A stretch of 64,000 bases of DNA, taken from positions 896,001 to 960,000 of the forward strand of contig OY969724.1 of NCBI GenBank assembly GCA_963702205.1. The letters run 5' to 3'. How positions within the stretch are numbered: position 1 is the first letter of the stretch; every line of letters begins with the position of its first letter. This DNA is from an uncultured candidate division Zixibacteria bacterium (lineage in GTDB: Bacteria > Zixibacteria > MSB-5A5 > GN15 > PGXB01). Below are positions 60,927-64,000 of this stretch, in pieces. The position numbers and the translations under genes are program-made. Under the pieces are notes generated by a model. It ran no database searches. It was not told the DNA's origin and saw only the letters and a program-made list of their open reading frames with translations.

Positions 60927-61484
60927 CTAAATATTTATGAGATAATGGCTTAGTCTTTCTTTGGATTTAATAAGGCCCAGCTTGCGGCGGATATTTTTGC
61001 GGTGGCTCCGGATTGTCTCCAAAGAGCAGTTGAGCAGGTCAGCGATCTCTTTGGAAGCGAGGCCGTCGTGGATGAAGTGACAAATTTCGACCTCACGGTG
61101 GGTCAGGCCGGGGTATGAATTTTCCATCAGCCCCACGAACGGCGCCGTTATTTCTTTGAGGCCATTGCGAAGCAGGCCGATATACACCTTTTCGTCCGGC
61201 CCGGTTTTGCTTTCCAGTTTGCGCAAGAGCGGCATCAGAACACGATTGATATTGCTCCGGAGGTTGGCGGCGATGTTTTTCTTTTCGTCGTGGATTTGCC
61301 CCAGCACCGCTTTCATCGACTCACCCTTGGCGTTGAGAGCGTCTTTGACAATCCGGAGTTCCCTCCGAAGCGCCTCCGCTTCTTTTTCAGCGGCGAGACG
61401 GAGTATCAACTGGCGGTGAATTTCCGGGTCGTGCGTATCGGTCCGGTTCGATTCGGGACAATTACCCAATTCTTCCCCGTTCAT
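60927..61484 (-). CDS. LuxR-family HTH regulator
   Basis: LTHREVEI...SKEIADLL..S.ETIRSHRKNIRRKLG. Confidence 0.88.
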   Translation of the reverse strand: MNGEELGNCPESNRTDTHDPEIHRQLILRLAAEKEAEALRRELRIVKDALNAKGESMKAVLGQIHDEKKNIAANLRSNINRVLMPLLRKLESKTGPDEKVYIGLLRNGLKEITAPFVGLMENSYPGLTHREVEICHFIHDGLASKEIADLLNCSLETIRSHRKNIRRKLGLIKSKERLSHYLINI

Positions 61485-61706
61485 ATTTTATAGCCCCTTT
61501 GATTTTGTCGTTTGGTTTCGCCGGATTTCCGGAGAAATAGCCCAATAATAGAATTATCGAAAAAAACCAGCTTTTTTTTAGCCCCTCAGGGCAAATATAA
61601 TTCTGAAAAATCCGTCACTCTATTGCTTTTAAGAATGACAATTGTGGCTTCATGACGAAAAATTGTTCAACCCCGGTGGCCATAATGATATATTGAAAGC
61701 GGCACG

Positions 61707-64000
61707 ATGGATAACAAGGCTGACAAAAAAGATTCCGGCCAAACCGGGCTTCGCGAAAGGTACCGCCTGAAAATTACGGGTGCGGTGCAGGGGGTCGGTT
61801 TTCGCCCTTTTGTCTATCGGCTGGCGACGTCCAACGATCTGACCGGGTGGGTGAACAATACTTCGGAGGGTCTTTTAATCGAAATCGAGGGCCCTATCGA
61901 ACGGCTGGACAGGTTTGTCGAAAGTCTTAAGACCGATAAACCGGCCGTGTCCCAGATCGACAAAATCGAACGCGCGCGCATGGCACCCCAAAACGATGGG
62001 ACCTTTGAGATTATTCTATCCGATACGGGCTCGAATAAGTCGGTCGTGATCCTGCCCGACCTGGCCGTTTGCGATGATTGTCTTCGCGAGTTGCTCGATC
62101 CCGCAGACCGGCGGTATTTGTATCCGTTTATAAATTGCACCAATTGCGGACCGCGCTTTTCCATAATAAAGGCGCTGCCATACGACCGCGCCAATACGAG
62201 TATGGCAAGATTTGCGATGTGCGAAAAATGCGCTGCCGAATATCACGATCCGTCCAACCGGCGGTTTCACGCCCAGCCCAACGCCTGCCCCGACTGCGGA
62301 CCACAGGTGCAGTTGTGGGATGATCGAGGTCAGATATTAGAACAATATAACGGAGCCCTCCTGAAAGCGGCCGAAGCCCTGCATGAGGGTAAGATCGTTG
62401 CGGTCAAAGGTTTGGGCGGGTTTCATCTGATGGTCGACGCCGGAAACGAAAATGCCGTGCGCGAGCTGCGACAAAGAAAACACCGCGAAGAAAAACCACT
62501 TGCGGTGATGTTCCCTGATCTGAATTCAATCAAATCAGTTTGCCGAGTTTCAGACGAAGAAGAAAAGCTCTTGCTCTCGACCGCCTCACCGATAGTACTA
62601 TTGGAAAAATCAGAGATACCGGGCGGCTATACCATTGCCGAATCGGTGGCGCCGGGAAACCCGTACCTTGGCAGCATGCTGCCGTACACTCCCCTGCATC
62701 ATATTCTTATGAGATTAGTGCATCGTCCGGTGGTCGCCACCAGCGGCAATATCAGCGATGAACCGATCTGTATCGACGAGCGCGAAGCCCTCGACCGGCT
62801 CGGTCAGATTACCGGCCTGTTTCTGGTGCACGATCGTCCGATAGCGCGGCATGTCGATGATTCCGTGGTGCGCCTTATGGCCGGACGTGAGATGGTTATC
62901 CGCCGCGCCCGGGGATACGCCCCGCGACCGATAAAGATCAAGTCCAACTACGAGGGGGTATTGGCGGTCGGGGGACACATGAAAAATGCCGTGGCGGTGA
63001 CAATCGGCGACAACGCCTTTGTCAGCCAGCATATCGGCGACCTCGATAACGAAGGCGCGGTCGGAGCGTTTGAAGAAGCGATCGGGCAGCTGCTGGGTCT
63101 ATACGACAAAGAACCTCAGGTTATTACCTGTGATTTGCACCCCAATTATTATTCTACTCAATATGCGCATAAAAGAAAGACAAGAATTGTCCCGGTGCAG
63201 CATCATTTTGCGCATGTGTTATCGTGCATGGCAGAGAATCATATTGAAGGCCCGGTCCTGGGGGTTGCATGGGACGGCACCGGCTATGGCACCGATGGTA
63301 CAATTTGGGGTGGAGAGTTTCTGGCGGTTTCGGACGGGGCGTTCGAGAGAGCGGCCTCGCTGCGGACTTTTTCACTGCCGGGAGGAGACAGCGCCGCCAA
63401 AGAGCCGCGAAGGTCGGCGCTGGGTCTGCTTTATGAATTATTTTCAGGCAATCCTGAAGCTTTTAAAATGACGGCTACATATAAGACCTATCAGCCTGAC
63501 GAATTGGAATTGCTGCTCAATGCCCTCGATAAAAATATTAATACGGTCCCGACGTCAAGCGCCGGACGGTTGTTCGATGCGGTGGCATCGCTGATCGATT
63601 CGCGTCAGATTATGTCTTTCGAGGGCCAGGCGGCGATGGAACTGGAATTTCTGGCGCACAAGAGCAAAACGGCGGAGACGTATGAAATAAATTATGATGA
63701 TCGTGGCCATGATCGCATCGTCCTGGACTGGGAGCCGGTGATTCTCGGCATTCTCGATGACATCGAGTCTAAGCTCTCGAAAGAAGAGATCGCCGCTAAA
63801 TTTCACAATACGCTGGCTGAAGGTATCGTCGAAGTAACTCGAATGACAGGGATTGACAAAGTCGTGCTGACCGGGGGTTGTTTCCAGAATAAATATTTGA
63901 CGGAAATGGTCATTGACAAACTGCGCCAAAACGGTTTTGATGTTTTCTGGCACGGGGATATCCCGCCCAACGACGGCGGCATCTGCCTCGGGCAGGCGGT
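61707..64000 (+). CDS. hypF: Hydrogenase maturation carbamoyltransferase HypF; 3'-truncated, absent from the ORF track
   Basis: Translated by hand from ATG 61707: GAVQGVGFRPFVYRLA, CTNCGPRF, LPYDR, RFHAQP, KGLGGFHL, ending PPNDGGICLGQA at the window edge. Confidence 0.96.
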   Translation, partial: MDNKADKKDSGQTGLRERYRLKITGAVQGVGFRPFVYRLATSNDLTGWVNNTSEGLLIEIEGPIERLDRFVESLKTDKPAVSQIDKIERARMAPQNDGTFEIILSDTGSNKSVVILPDLAVCDDCLRELLDPADRRYLYPFINCTNCGPRFSIIKALPYDRANTSMARFAMCEKCAAEYHDPSNRRFHAQPNACPDCGPQVQLWDDRGQILEQYNGALLKAAEALHEGKIVAVKGLGGFHLMVDAGNENAVRELRQRKHREEKPLAVMFPDLNSIKSVCRVSDEEEKLLLSTASPIVLLEKSEIPGGYTIAESVAPGNPYLGSMLPYTPLHHILMRLVHRPVVATSGNISDEPICIDEREALDRLGQITGLFLVHDRPIARHVDDSVVRLMAGREMVIRRARGYAPRPIKIKSNYEGVLAVGGHMKNAVAVTIGDNAFVSQHIGDLDNEGAVGAFEEAIGQLLGLYDKEPQVITCDLHPNYYSTQYAHKRKTRIVPVQHHFAHVLSCMAENHIEGPVLGVAWDGTGYGTDGTIWGGEFLAVSDGAFERAASLRTFSLPGGDSAAKEPRRSALGLLYELFSGNPEAFKMTATYKTYQPDELELLLNALDKNINTVPTSSAGRLFDAVASLIDSRQIMSFEGQAAMELEFLAHKSKTAETYEINYDDRGHDRIVLDWEPVILGILDDIESKLSKEEIAAKFHNTLAEGIVEVTRMTGIDKVVLTGGCFQNKYLTEMVIDKLRQNGFDVFWHGDIPPNDGGICLGQA

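Noticed and set aside
61814..63953. Short ORFs listed in the last 2.3 kb
   Set aside because: All overlap hypF, which the track omitted because it has no stop codon inside the window.
1..64000. CRISPR arrays, rRNA/tRNA, IS elements, prophage or defence genes
   Set aside because: No repeat-spacer periodicity, cloverleaf, or transposase/integrase/phage motifs seen by eye; short RNAs could have been missed without a covariance search.

Overview
Bacterial chromosomal window with ~45 CDS and no rRNA, tRNA, CRISPR array or transposase that I can see. A C-terminal dockerin, a PorV-family barrel and an 'NYPNPFNP' sorting tail suggest an FCB-related diderm, probably Zixibacteria (inference). Main blocks: (i) 1.3-10.6 kb, a probable Pho-regulon island with an internally duplicated dockerin-bearing beta-helix protein, a TonB-dependent receptor, an exported protein, a small ORF/sRNA and an orphan PhoB-like regulator, where four promoters carry 11-bp-period YTAAY repeats; (ii) hypA-hypB plus a four-domain DsrC/TusE-like protein behind an attenuator-like leader; (iii) an uncharacterised biosynthetic operon (AdoMetDC-like, GNAT, ATP-grasp ligase, PLP decarboxylase, MFS, Zn-ribbon); (iv) two sigma54 activators, redox genes, a CydA-like/cytochrome c pair and glnS; (v) a ~15-kb operon in which a ~2865-aa secreted protein (split by a +1 frameshift) is coupled to PorV-TPR, a membrane PP2C, STAS-RsbW, STAS and a histidine kinase, the best candidate for an undescribed trans-envelope signalling system; (vi) a group 3b [NiFe]-hydrogenase operon, a multi-receiver HD-GYP/HDOD cascade and a truncated hypF. 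All calls come from reading motifs by eye; no searches were run.
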